Shown in pieces: positions 41,326 through 50,794 of a DNA stretch of 64,000 bases. The number at the start of each line of letters is the position of its first letter. Position 1 is the first letter of the stretch. Origin of the DNA: a virus (Duplodnaviria; Caudoviricetes); the IMG/VR virus record IMGVR_UViG_3300043579_000163, positions 1 through 64,000 of that record. One strand, written 5' to 3'. Position numbers and translations under genes: made by a program. The notes under the pieces were generated by a model. It worked only from the letters and a program-made list of their open reading frames with translations. It was not told where the DNA came from and did no database searches.

Positions 41326-41904
41326 ATGCCCCTCACGATGAATCCTAATCTTTGGCCGGATGGCGGATGGCATTTTAAAGACGCCGAGGGCACAAAACAC
41401 AAAGCCAGCAGCTTCCCCGCTCTGGTGAAGCTCGTAATCGAATACCGTCAGCGGCGCGCGCAGGATGTTGGAAATCCTACGCTAGAGATTTTGACGCAGC
41501 TATGTGGAAGAAACCCAGGCTTTTGTAAGAACACCAGCGGGCCCAGTCCGATTCCCGATAGCCCAGACGGAAATCTCATGGCCAAAATTTTGTCTTTCAT
41601 GGGCTGGCTTATTCAGGAAAAGCGCCTTGGGCACATCCGACTGATTGACCGCAACGTCGCGCTCGCGCGCGCGAACATCTGCGCGCGGTGCCCGCGCCAG
41701 CGAAGTCTTCCGACAAGCTGCGGGAGCTGCAAGGCCAGCGTCGCCACCAGCCGCCGGGGCATCCTCGACGGGCAGGACCCGGTCCACGCGGGCATTTCGG
41801 TGTGTGGCGCCCTCAACGAGGACGTTTGCACCGTGGTCCACCTCGCGGTTCCTCAGCGTCAGGACGCGAGTTTGCCGGCGGAGTGCTGGCGGAGGAACTG
41901 CTGA
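41326..41904 (+). CDS. Cys-rich hypothetical protein
   Basis: RANICARCP...CGSC...CGAL...CWR. Confidence 0.65.
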   Translation: MPLTMNPNLWPDGGWHFKDAEGTKHKASSFPALVKLVIEYRQRRAQDVGNPTLEILTQLCGRNPGFCKNTSGPSPIPDSPDGNLMAKILSFMGWLIQEKRLGHIRLIDRNVALARANICARCPRQRSLPTSCGSCKASVATSRRGILDGQDPVHAGISVCGALNEDVCTVVHLAVPQRQDASLPAECWRRNC

Positions 41905-42134
41905 TGGTCCTCCCGAACCCATTCCTAGCCGTCGCCGCCCTCTTCCGGGTGGCCCGCGCCTACTGGCGCTCTGACCCCTTCTTCGCATCGGGCCGACTCG
42001 TGGCCAAGCGGCGGAAAATCTGCAACGGTTGCTTCCACCGGGACCCGGGGAGCGACCAGTGTCGCCTCTGCACCTGCTTTTTGGGCTTAAAAACCGGCCT
42101 GACTACTGAAAAATGCCCGATTGACCGTTGGTAA
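41904..42134 (+). CDS. Small Cys-rich protein (DUF6171-like pattern; start 41904)
   Basis: RRKICNGC...CRLCTCFLGLKT...CPIDRW; TGATG overlap. Confidence 0.65.
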   Translation: MVLPNPFLAVAALFRVARAYWRSDPFFASGRLVAKRRKICNGCFHRDPGSDQCRLCTCFLGLKTGLTTEKCPIDRW

Positions 42135-42158
42135 AACACCCAACCTATTGCTTTAGCT

Positions 42159-44294
42159 ATGCCAACGATTCCTTCGACTTCGATGAACACCTCCACAGAG
42201 GGCTACGGTGGGGACACGCAGGGCGCAGTAAGCCCCCCAGACATTTCTTCCAGCCTGAAACCTCGAAACCGCGCCATCAAGAACGTGACGCAGGCGAAGA
42301 ACATTATCACTTCGATGGAGGTAAACAACCGACACCGGAATATCAAGAACGCCCGCATCATGGCGAAGTATAATTCCGAGCGGCCATACACGCACGACGC
42401 CCTGAAGCAGGACGGGCTGGACTGGAAAAGCAACTTCACCACGAAACCGCTGCCGATGCTCATCGACAAGGTAGCCCCGAGGTTCGTTTTGTCGGTTCAG
42501 TCGATGAAATACCTGACGAACTCCCACTTTCCCGACGACCTGCCCGGCGCGGATAAGAAAACGGAGGCCTTTCGGCGCGAAATCACAAACTTGGTCCGCC
42601 AGAAGCCGGGTTGGAACAATCTTCTGACAGAAGTGGCTCAGGAAAATGCACTTTTTGGATTCTGCGCCGTCGGATGGCTCAATCGCTTCGAGTGGTTCCC
42701 AAAATTTCAGCGCCAGGACGAGTTTTTCGTCCCCACGGGCACCAAACAACACTCGGACAACGCGCAAATCGTCGTCCTGAAGGAAAAATACCTGATTCAC
42801 GAGCTTTTCGGACTGATTTCGGACCAGGAAGCCGCGGAAGTCGCCGGCTGGGACATCAAGGAGACGGTTTCGGCCATCAACGCCGCAGTTCCTGAAGACC
42901 GGCGCGCGCAATATGCGAATTGGGAACGAATTTACGAGGACCTGATTCGCGAGAGCAATGTTGGCATCTCTCACGAGCAAGGCGCGCGTGTTATCGAAAC
43001 GTGGCACTTGCTGGCTCGAGAAACCACGGGCAAGGTCACGCATTATATTTACGGCGCAACCTCGTTCAAGGAACTTTACTGCAAAGAGGACAAGTTCGAC
43101 AACATGTCGGACGCCACCTCCTTCTATTCTTTCCAGCACGGTAACGGGACCATGCACGGTTCGAAGGGAATCGGTAGAGAGATTTATTCTCTCGCCGCGA
43201 TGCTGGACCGCACTCGCAATGAAGTCGCGGACCGGCTGAACCTCAGCGGAAAGTTAGTCATCCAAGGCGACGAGAAGGCGCTGAAAAAATTCCGCATGAG
43301 CGTGGTAGGCAACACGATTCTCATCGGAAAGGGCTATGAAGTCCTGGACCGAAAAATTAACGGCGAGGTAGAGCCATTCCTACAGCTCGACCAGTTCCTC
43401 ACCAGCTTGCTTGACCAGATTGCCGGAGCAACTACGCCACGCGTTTTCGAGGGCGAGCGCGTCACCAAGGCCCAGGTGGACTTCTTCGCGCAACGGGAGG
43501 GAGAATCCAAGGACAACATCATCGGACGATTCTTGAATCAGTTCGCCGACATGATGACGACCATTCAGAAGAGGGCTTGCGACCCGAACACGAATGAGGC
43601 TGACGCCCTCGATATGCAGCGTCGGCTTTTGCTAGTGGTGTCCAGGGAGGAGCTTGACTTCATCGCCAATCAGCGAGTCGCCGAAACGGTCCGAGACTAC
43701 ACTGACCTCGAGCGTCAGCAAATCATCCTCATCGCGCAGGAAGCCCGCGGCAACCCGCTCTATAACCAAAAGGAAATTGAACGTCGAAAACTCACCGCGC
43801 AGATTGATGAAGAGTTCGCCAATGCAGTGCTATTGCCCGACAACGATCCCACTGTGCAGGCTGAACAGAGTCGACAACAGATGTTAGAGTTGGACCTGAT
43901 TACGAGACACGCAACTCAGATTCCCGTTTCTCCACGGGATGACCACATGATTCACTTGCAGCTCACGGTGCCGGCGCTCGAAGCAACCGCTCAGGCGGTG
44001 GTCCAGGACCCCTCACAGGTCGAGACGCTCAAAGCCCTCCTCGCGCACGCGACCGCCCATTTCCAATTGGCGACGCAGGCCGGAATCGACAAGACCGAAC
44101 TCGCCCCCATTGGGGACTTATTGAACCAACTTACGAAAGCGCTACCTGAACTCGAGGCCAATGCCCAAGAGCACGCAGCGACCGCTCAGCAGACCGCCGG
44201 CAACCAACTCGCCGCGACGGTAGACCAAACCGGAGGGCTCCCTGACATCCAATCCGGGGCGGCTCCGCAACTCCAACCATCCGCCGTGCAATGA
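42159..44294 (+). CDS. Portal protein (probable)
   Basis: 711 aa, helical C-terminus, located between terminase and scaffold/capsid genes. Confidence 0.65.
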   Translation: MPTIPSTSMNTSTEGYGGDTQGAVSPPDISSSLKPRNRAIKNVTQAKNIITSMEVNNRHRNIKNARIMAKYNSERPYTHDALKQDGLDWKSNFTTKPLPMLIDKVAPRFVLSVQSMKYLTNSHFPDDLPGADKKTEAFRREITNLVRQKPGWNNLLTEVAQENALFGFCAVGWLNRFEWFPKFQRQDEFFVPTGTKQHSDNAQIVVLKEKYLIHELFGLISDQEAAEVAGWDIKETVSAINAAVPEDRRAQYANWERIYEDLIRESNVGISHEQGARVIETWHLLARETTGKVTHYIYGATSFKELYCKEDKFDNMSDATSFYSFQHGNGTMHGSKGIGREIYSLAAMLDRTRNEVADRLNLSGKLVIQGDEKALKKFRMSVVGNTILIGKGYEVLDRKINGEVEPFLQLDQFLTSLLDQIAGATTPRVFEGERVTKAQVDFFAQREGESKDNIIGRFLNQFADMMTTIQKRACDPNTNEADALDMQRRLLLVVSREELDFIANQRVAETVRDYTDLERQQIILIAQEARGNPLYNQKEIERRKLTAQIDEEFANAVLLPDNDPTVQAEQSRQQMLELDLITRHATQIPVSPRDDHMIHLQLTVPALEATAQAVVQDPSQVETLKALLAHATAHFQLATQAGIDKTELAPIGDLLNQLTKALPELEANAQEHAATAQQTAGNQLAATVDQTGGLPDIQSGAAPQLQPSAVQ

Positions 44295-44635
44295 TTATCC
44301 TCACCCCGAAGACTGTCGAGTGGACCTCTGAAGACGCCGCGCGTCTGAAAGATTTCCTCAACTCCCCAACGGGGAGCCGCGTGTTGCAGTTCCTCGCAAT
44401 GGGCTCGCCAGACCTGTTGGACGGGGCGCACAAAAACAAAACGCTCGTGGCCTCCGGCGCGCTCGCTGGATATCAGGACGCCATCAACACGATTTTCAAG
44501 TTGACCTACGAGAACCCGAACGCGCCCGTGGTCCCCGACGTGGTCTCCGAAAATTACAAATCCCTGGATGATGACTCCGCCTGGGTTGAGGAAGACAAGA
44601 CAGTTGACAAATCGAAGAATCCCACAACCTCTTGA
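44291..44635 (+). CDS. Hypothetical head-module protein
   Basis: ATGA overlap with the portal stop. Confidence 0.65.
   Translation: MIILTPKTVEWTSEDAARLKDFLNSPTGSRVLQFLAMGSPDLLDGAHKNKTLVASGALAGYQDAINTIFKLTYENPNAPVVPDVVSENYKSLDDDSAWVEEDKTVDKSKNPTTS
44604..44634 (+). promoter_or_regulatory. Class II promoter candidate
   Basis: TTGACA-17-ACCTCTTG; shares AGAATCCCACAAC with the promoter at 48020. Confidence 0.55.
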
Positions 44636-44660
44636 ATGCAGTTAAACTACGAACCGTGCT

Positions 44661-45926
44661 ATGCCCGACACCAATCCACCTGAACTCTCGACTATCCCTC
44701 CGGGGGTAAGTATCACCAACGACCCCAAGGACGCCGTCGACACAGGCGCAGCTTTGGACGCTCTTTTCAAACCAATCGACGAACCCGCGGCCACGCCGCC
44801 CGCGGTGTCTGACCCGGCTGTCCCGGCTGCCCCGGCTGCCCCGGTGCTGCCCGGATTGCCGACGGCTTCTATTCCCCCGGTCACACCGCCCATCACCCCC
44901 GAGCCCACCAAGGACGAGTTTGACGCTGTCCAGCTCCCGCCTCACACCAAGTCGGAGGTGTCGCAGTCGTTCGACAATCTCAAGAAGGCCTCCCGAGACC
45001 GCGTCGCCGCGGTCCAAAAGGAGCGCGAGGAACTCGCTGCCAAGGTCAAGGAATTGGAGACCCGCCCCGCCGTTGACCCAAAGCTCGAAGCCGAGTTGAA
45101 AGAGCTTCGTGAGTTTCGCCAGAAGATGGATGTGGAGGCCGACCCGACCTTCAAGGAATACATCGAGGAGAGCAAGGCCAACGAGGATTCTATCTTGACC
45201 AAGTTGAAAGAGGCCGGTGCATCAGAGGACGCCCTCACGAAGATGAAAGCCATCGGGTCTAAGGACCTCGATTGGGAAATCATCCTGGAAAAATTGCCGC
45301 CGGTCACCCGCCGTTATGTTGAGAACAAGCTGGCCGTAAACGAGGACCTGCACGACCAGCGCACTCGCGCCCTAGAGAACGCGAAGAAGAACGCCTCAGA
45401 ATTTCTGGCCGACCGGGAGAAGCAAAGCACACAGAGCGAGCTGGCTCATTACGCCAAGTCGGAGGAGCATTTCAACAAGGTGTCCGTCCAGCTTCCATGG
45501 TTCAAGCTCCAAAAGGCGGAGGCCACAGCGACGGCCGAGCAGAAAGCCACCATCGAAGCGGAGAACAAGTTCTACCTCGCGACGCACGACCAAGTCAAGA
45601 AGATGCTGGCGGACCCATCTCCCGAAATGCGCTCCATCGCTGCTCTGGGATACGCTCAGATGCTGCGACTTCAAGCCGAGATTCCCGCGCTTCAAGCAGA
45701 GCACGAGGCCGAGAAGAAGGGGCTCAGTGAGAAAATCACGAAGCTCGAGGCCCAGCTCAAGGAGAAGGAGGAATTCATCGCCCGCGTGAAGGGTGCATCG
45801 CGCACCAGCCTGCGGGACGGAAGTGCCCCCTCCAATCCCGGCGCCGCAGCCAGCCAGCCAACTTTCGGTGAACACGGCAACGTCGCAATCGACCGCCTGC
45901 GCGCCGAACAACTGGCCGGCTCATGA
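44661..45926 (+). CDS. Probable capsid scaffolding protein
   Basis: Pro/Ala-rich N-terminus, long acidic coiled coils, upstream of the capsid gene. Confidence 0.6.
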   Translation: MPDTNPPELSTIPPGVSITNDPKDAVDTGAALDALFKPIDEPAATPPAVSDPAVPAAPAAPVLPGLPTASIPPVTPPITPEPTKDEFDAVQLPPHTKSEVSQSFDNLKKASRDRVAAVQKEREELAAKVKELETRPAVDPKLEAELKELREFRQKMDVEADPTFKEYIEESKANEDSILTKLKEAGASEDALTKMKAIGSKDLDWEIILEKLPPVTRRYVENKLAVNEDLHDQRTRALENAKKNASEFLADREKQSTQSELAHYAKSEEHFNKVSVQLPWFKLQKAEATATAEQKATIEAENKFYLATHDQVKKMLADPSPEMRSIAALGYAQMLRLQAEIPALQAEHEAEKKGLSEKITKLEAQLKEKEEFIARVKGASRTSLRDGSAPSNPGAAASQPTFGEHGNVAIDRLRAEQLAGS

Positions 45927-46753
45927 ACACCACCCTCCACGAGGGGAAACAGGTTGAAATTCTCTTGCCCTGGTATCGGGAGGTTGCTCCGCAAGTTGCG
46001 TTCAGCGTCATGCGGCTCATGGACAAGGGGCGCATTGGCGTCCGCGCGCGCTGGGGAGACGCAGCCGTGTGGCACGTTCGCAACGTCCTGGCGGAAGAGT
46101 TTCTTCGCTCTGGTGTTGAGTGGTCTTTTTGGGTGGATGGTGATGAAATCCTTCCTCATGGGGATGCGAAGTTTTTTAATGCTCTCACTCAGCAGCGCCT
46201 TCCTGATGCTTTTGCCGGGCTTAATGTCATTGACCGACTATTGTCTCATGGCAAAACTCTCGTTGGTGGTGTGTATTGGGGGCGTCACCCAAACAGTAAG
46301 CCGATTTATGCGGAGGCGATGACCTCCGAACGCGAGGACGCTTACGCGCGCAAGGGTCCGTATGACCTCATCAAACCGACTGCATGGGTTGGCTTCGGTG
46401 CCGTGCTTGTTCATCGCTCTGTTTTCCTCGACATCGAGAAGCGCTATCCTCACCTGGGACGAAAGGCGGATGGCACGGGATGCAATTTTTTCTCACCGAA
46501 CGAGCAGGACATTCGCCGCAGCTTCGACGGGTTCGGGTCCATCCTGAAGGAGAGCCTCGACGCGAACACCAAGCTGGCGAAGCTTCAGGCTCACTACGAA
46601 AACACGGTGCGCCAAGCGTCGCGTCTGCCGGTTGGAGCTGGTGAGGACGTCTCGTTCTGCCAGCGCGCGGCGGACTGCGGTCACGTTCCGCACGTCGACA
46701 TGGCGCTCTACTGCGGGCATCTCGGGGACCGCTGCTACGGAAGGTTGACGTGA
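45923..46753 (+). CDS. Glycosyltransferase family 2-like
   Basis: RNVLAEEFL...FWVDGD (DxD), VGFGAVLVHRSVF, GEDVSFC. Confidence 0.8.
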   Translation: MNTTLHEGKQVEILLPWYREVAPQVAFSVMRLMDKGRIGVRARWGDAAVWHVRNVLAEEFLRSGVEWSFWVDGDEILPHGDAKFFNALTQQRLPDAFAGLNVIDRLLSHGKTLVGGVYWGRHPNSKPIYAEAMTSEREDAYARKGPYDLIKPTAWVGFGAVLVHRSVFLDIEKRYPHLGRKADGTGCNFFSPNEQDIRRSFDGFGSILKESLDANTKLAKLQAHYENTVRQASRLPVGAGEDVSFCQRAADCGHVPHVDMALYCGHLGDRCYGRLT

Positions 46754-47541
46754 ACAAAATCCTGCTCGCCCTCCAGTTCTGGGAAAACGACAAGGCTGAC
46801 GCCATGCGGATGGCGAGGTTCGTCGCGGATTTGGAGCCGCAGCACTGCGCTCAGGCGGACTTCCTTTTTGCTGCGCGCTTCGATTGCAAGCTTGACCCCG
46901 CGACAGTGGCCCACGTATCGAAGCGATTCAACACCTTCACCTTCATCAACCGGCATCGGCGCGCTGAGGGCTGGCCCTTCGGGTGCAACGAGCTGTTTTT
47001 CGGCACGGTGGACCACGTCTACACCCAGATTGAAGCCAAGAGGATGCCCCAATACAAGGCCATCTTCACCTTCGAAGCGGACGGCAACCCCATGTCGCCC
47101 GACTGGATTGCCCGACTGCACTCCGAGTGGGACCGGCTCCACGCCAAGGGCGCGAACATGGTGGGGGCGATGATTCCCCCGGGACCGCCGGAAACGGACG
47201 GCAAGCACATCAATGGCAACTGTCTCGTCTCGGCGGAAAAAGAATACCTGCACTGGATTGCCCGCAAAATCGGCGGGTGCCGGCCAACCGCAGGGTGGGA
47301 TTGGGTCCTGGCCCCGCGGTTCAAGGAGCAGGGCTGGGCGAACTGCCCGGGGATTCGAAGCTTCTGGCGCTCACCGGCCATGCCCCCCGAGGTGTTCCAA
47401 CGTCTTCGGAGAGAAGGGGTTTTCTTTGTTCACGGGGTCAAGGACGATTCAATCATCCGGCATGTTCGGGAGAGCCTGACCCCTCCACCCCTCCCCGCGT
47501 CGGAGTCGGTCCTTTCCAAGGCCCTCAATTTCCTGGGTTGA
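46750..47541 (+). CDS. Putative glycosyltransferase-like protein
   Basis: Coupled to the GT2 gene; FTFEAD, HINGN, WDW pattern. Confidence 0.45.
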   Translation: MNKILLALQFWENDKADAMRMARFVADLEPQHCAQADFLFAARFDCKLDPATVAHVSKRFNTFTFINRHRRAEGWPFGCNELFFGTVDHVYTQIEAKRMPQYKAIFTFEADGNPMSPDWIARLHSEWDRLHAKGANMVGAMIPPGPPETDGKHINGNCLVSAEKEYLHWIARKIGGCRPTAGWDWVLAPRFKEQGWANCPGIRSFWRSPAMPPEVFQRLRREGVFFVHGVKDDSIIRHVRESLTPPPLPASESVLSKALNFLG

Positions 47542-47542
47542 G

Positions 47543-47571
47543 TAGACACACCCGAGAAGCCCTGATAGGTT
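47543..47571 (+). promoter_or_regulatory. Class I-like promoter, leaderless
   Basis: TAGACA-17-TAGGTT-5-GTG. Confidence 0.55.
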
Positions 47572-47576
47572 TAGGC

Positions 47577-48023
47577 GTGAAGACGTGCAATACATGCGGC
47601 GTAGAAAAGCCACTGACCGAGTTTTACAAGGACACCCACAACAACGGGGGCGTCCGGCACCGGTGCCGGGATTGTGAGAGGGTAGTCCGTTCCTCCGAGG
47701 ACGCCAAGCAGCGGCAGCGTGAGGCGACGGCAAGGTGGCGTAAGGCCCACCCCGAAGACAATAAAAAGTCTTCCAAGAACACGAAATTGAAGCAGGCATA
47801 CGGGATTTCCCTTTCCGACTATCAGGCGATGGTGGAAAAGCAGAAGGGCAAATGTGCTATCTGCGGAGATAAAGTCGCGCTTCATGTTGACCATGACCAC
47901 GAAACCGGCAAGGTCCGGGAATTGCTTTGTTGTCATTGTAACAAGGGCTTAAGTGGTTTCAAAGATTCCCCTCTCCTGACGGAAAAGGGCACCCGCTACC
48001 TGCTGCGTCACGTTCTGGGTTGA
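47577..48023 (+). CDS. Endonuclease VII-type HNH endonuclease (GTG start 47577)
   Basis: CNTC...CRDC; YGISLSDY...CAIC...HVDHDHETGKVRELLCCHCN. Confidence 0.88.
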   Translation: MKTCNTCGVEKPLTEFYKDTHNNGGVRHRCRDCERVVRSSEDAKQRQREATARWRKAHPEDNKKSSKNTKLKQAYGISLSDYQAMVEKQKGKCAICGDKVALHVDHDHETGKVRELLCCHCNKGLSGFKDSPLLTEKGTRYLLRHVLG

Positions 48024-48050
48024 CAAAACCCAGAATCCCACAACTCTCTT
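48020..48050 (+). promoter_or_regulatory. Class II promoter candidate for the capsid gene
   Basis: TTGACA-17-ACTCTCTT. Confidence 0.55.
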
Positions 48051-48059
48051 CCCTTGACC

Positions 48060-48249
48060 ATACTCGTGACTGGTCACCACGACAGAGCCTAATTCCTTGG
48101 TTGGCTCGACAAGGCGGCTTCAACTCCCCCGAAAGAGTTGGAAAAGTCCCACGACTTAACTCGTGGAAAATTGTTGAGCTAAACCATCACCCTCTCGGGT
48201 GAATCAAATAGAAAGTTCTCGGACGAAAGTCCTTGATAGATAGGAACAT
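48060..48249 (+). promoter_or_regulatory. Structured 5' leader of the major capsid gene
   Basis: Hairpins GAGCC/GGCTC, CAACTC/GAGTTG, CCACGA/TCGTGG, TCACCC/GGGTGA, GGAC-GAAA-GTCC. Confidence 0.45.
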
Positions 48250-49530
48250 ATGGGTGACTGCATCACTCCGGCACAAGTAAGTGATATCGCACAAAAAGAC
48301 ACGCAGCGTCTAGTGGGTGCGATTGCCAAAACTCTCGCTGCGAACGCGCCATTCATGAACGTCATCGGCGGCGGGGTTTTCCCCTCCGGCGTGTCTGACG
48401 AAATTCGCACGAGCGTGCAGCTTCAGGCTGCTCCTGGCGATTCTCTGGCCCTGCCCGAGTTCGTCTGCGACACTGACCTCTGCGGGACTCAAGGCCATCA
48501 GGACCTGACCGACGCCATCAACTTCGTCAGCAAGCTCGAATCGAAACGTGGTTTCGGTCCGCGCGTCTGCGTAAAGAAAGGCTACGCGGCCTTCAAGACC
48601 AGCTATCTGGCTTCCGAAGACTCGCTGAAGAAACTGGTCACCCAGTATATTAACTCTGACATCCGGGCTCAGCTCTACCTGCGCTCCGCGTCGAAGTTCA
48701 CCGCCGTCGCCGGCTACGATTTCAACTCGCTGTTTACCGGCGGGACTGAGACCGACATCGGTGTGAAGTTCGCCCCGCTCCTGCCCACTGGGCCGATGAG
48801 CTTCAAGGCGCTTCACTACATCGCCCGCTACATCAAGGAGAACCTGTTCGCCGAGATGTTCGATGCTGGCGACAAGGGCAGCCCGCACTTCCGCGTCATC
48901 GCGTCGGCGGACCAGATTGAGTTGTTCCGCGCCGAATCCGGCGTGAAGGACATCCTTCAGTCCTACGTCACGGGTGGCTACAAGCAGGGGGAACTCTCCC
49001 TGGCCGGCTACTCCTGGGAAACCGCTCCCGCTTACCGAGGTCTCGCCTTCGGTATCGACCAACGCCCTCTGCGCGCTACCGGCTTCAAGGCCAATGGCAC
49101 GCTGAACCTCGTGGACCCTGTGACTATCGTCACTAACGCCACGAAGAACACCGCCTACGCCAAGCCGAATCCGAGCTGGCTGACCGCGGATTACGAGGTT
49201 TTGTTCCTCCTGGCCGACATGAGCTTCGAGCGCTTGGTGCCCGAACGCTACGTCGGTGAAGGTTCGTTCAAGTTCGCGCCCCAGCTTTACATGGGCGAAC
49301 TCGAGTGGCACTATCAAATCGACAATGACTGTAACGTCTACGGCGATTTCGGGTGGCACAAATATCAAATCATCCGCGCATACAAGCCCATCCGGCCCCA
49401 GTTCGTGGTTCCGATTCTGTATCGCCGATGCACCGCTGACCTCGGTCTGCCGGATTGCGCCGTGCCTTCCAGCTCCAGCTTCACTGGCTCTGACGAGTTC
49501 ACCACGGTCGGTGTGACCTGCGAGGCCTAA
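48250..49530 (+). CDS. Major capsid protein (probable)
   Basis: 426 aa, strongly C-ending codon bias, downstream of the scaffold-like gene, followed by a strong terminator. Confidence 0.75.
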   Translation: MGDCITPAQVSDIAQKDTQRLVGAIAKTLAANAPFMNVIGGGVFPSGVSDEIRTSVQLQAAPGDSLALPEFVCDTDLCGTQGHQDLTDAINFVSKLESKRGFGPRVCVKKGYAAFKTSYLASEDSLKKLVTQYINSDIRAQLYLRSASKFTAVAGYDFNSLFTGGTETDIGVKFAPLLPTGPMSFKALHYIARYIKENLFAEMFDAGDKGSPHFRVIASADQIELFRAESGVKDILQSYVTGGYKQGELSLAGYSWETAPAYRGLAFGIDQRPLRATGFKANGTLNLVDPVTIVTNATKNTAYAKPNPSWLTADYEVLFLLADMSFERLVPERYVGEGSFKFAPQLYMGELEWHYQIDNDCNVYGDFGWHKYQIIRAYKPIRPQFVVPILYRRCTADLGLPDCAVPSSSSFTGSDEFTTVGVTCEA

Positions 49531-49537
49531 CCAATCT

Positions 49538-49581
49538 GAGAGGCGGGCCGGGATAAACTCCGGCCCCCTCTCGACTTTTTT
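49538..49581 (+). terminator. Intrinsic terminator after the capsid gene
   Basis: GAGAGG-C-GGGCCGG/CCGGCCC-CCTCTC stem followed by a T-run. Confidence 0.85.
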
Positions 49582-49584
49582 GTT

Positions 49585-49791
49585 ATGGCTGAATTTGTTG
49601 AACATGGGCTGCACGACCAGGAATGGCCGACGCTGGCGAAAGCCGCGAATAACCTTTTCTCGTTGAATCTGTCGCCCTACGACGAACCGCCTCAGGTTCT
49701 CGTCGCGGTCCTTACGTCCTTGGGCGTGGCCGCAAAAACCACGGAAACCCTCGATAGCTTGCTAGTCAAGCTTCTCGCGCGAGTTTCTTAA
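49585..49791 (+). CDS. Small virion-associated hypothetical protein
   Basis: 68 aa, between two terminators. Confidence 0.55.
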   Translation: MAEFVEHGLHDQEWPTLAKAANNLFSLNLSPYDEPPQVLVAVLTSLGVAAKTTETLDSLLVKLLARVS

Positions 49792-49837
49792 CACTGTCGG
49801 CGTTGCTTTGCACGCAGTAGCGCCGGTTCGTAGGAGA

Positions 49838-49868
49838 GGGTTGCGGACACACTCCGCAGCCCTTTTTT
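49838..49868 (+). terminator. Intrinsic terminator
   Basis: GGGTTGCGGA-CACAC-TCCGCAGCCC followed by TTTTTT. Confidence 0.85.
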
Positions 49869-49873
49869 GTTCG

Positions 49874-49903
49874 TTGACGGAAGTAATTAAGCCGGACTTA
49901 TTG
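49874..49903 (+). promoter_or_regulatory. Class II promoter candidate
   Basis: TTGACG-16-ACTTATTG-7-ATG, immediately after the terminator. Confidence 0.5.
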
Positions 49904-49910
49904 AAAGAAT

Positions 49911-50075
49911 ATGTTCACTGACCCAACACCGGTGTGGGGTGACTCCGACAACGTCCTTCTACAGAAAATCTGTCAGGTTACAAACGACCTGCTGTCGGGA
50001 ATCCATCCACCGCAGCCGGGAGATTCGGACAACAACCTCCTTTTCAAAATTGCAAACCTTTTCAATCGTAACTAA
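49911..50075 (+). CDS. 54-aa peptide with two GDSDNxLLxKI repeats (not in ORF track)
   Basis: MFTDPTPVWGDSDNVLLQKICQVTNDLLSGIHPPQPGDSDNNLLFKIANLFNRN, translated by hand. Confidence 0.7.
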   Translation: MFTDPTPVWGDSDNVLLQKICQVTNDLLSGIHPPQPGDSDNNLLFKIANLFNRN

Positions 50076-50077
50076 TC

Positions 50078-50794
50078 ATGGACACCAATCCTAAACTTGG
50101 CGACTCGGACAATACACTTCTCTTCAAAATTGCAGAGGTTCTTTTGTCAGGCTCCTTCGGAGGGGGCATCACACAAGCCGGAGCGGACGCCCGGTATGTT
50201 CTCAAGTCCGGAGACACGGTCACAGGCGCGCTTATCCTCAACAGCACCCTCAGCGTGGGGGCAGACACGGTAGACAATGGATTTTTGGTTGTCGACCCAG
50301 ACGCCGCCGCCCCAATCATGCTGACTCGGCATGTGGCCGACAATGCTCCGGCGATTCTTCGGGTCCAGAAGAAGGGGACCACAGGTAGTGTTAATGGCGC
50401 GGTAGCGAACAACGATAACCTCGCTCGTGTTGATTTCTATGCCTGGGATGGTTCAGGGTTTTTCCCAGGCGCCGTGTTTCAGTTGGTGGCTAACCAAGCC
50501 TGGACCGGCTCTGCACACGGAGGCCGGCTTTCGGTCAATGTAGTTGCTAATGGGGCTACGTCCACAACCGAGATGCTTCGATTTACCTCGGCGGCTATGG
50601 ACTTACGTAACAGCGCGGTCCTCCAATCTGGGGGCACTCAAGTTGTAAGCTCACGAAAGACTGGGTGGACTGCAGCGACTGGAACGGCAACGCGGACCAC
50701 GTTCGACACCGCTACTGTCACTACGGAGTTGCTGGCTCAGAGAGTCAAGGCCCTGCTCGACGACCTTATTTCTCACGGTCTTATCGGAGCATAA
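50078..50794 (+). CDS. Fibre/decoration protein with C-terminal trimerisation-like motif
   Basis: N-terminal GDSDNTLLFKI; C-terminal QVVSSRKTGWTAATGTATR...LAQRVKALLDDLISHGLIG, a motif typical of phage fibres (recalled). Confidence 0.65.
   Translation: MDTNPKLGDSDNTLLFKIAEVLLSGSFGGGITQAGADARYVLKSGDTVTGALILNSTLSVGADTVDNGFLVVDPDAAAPIMLTRHVADNAPAILRVQKKGTTGSVNGAVANNDNLARVDFYAWDGSGFFPGAVFQLVANQAWTGSAHGGRLSVNVVANGATSTTEMLRFTSAAMDLRNSAVLQSGGTQVVSSRKTGWTAATGTATRTTFDTATVTTELLAQRVKALLDDLISHGLIGA

Noticed and set aside
48221-48232. Hammerhead ribozyme suggested by GGACGAAA
   Set aside because: No CTGANGA core upstream; it is a plain GNRA hairpin
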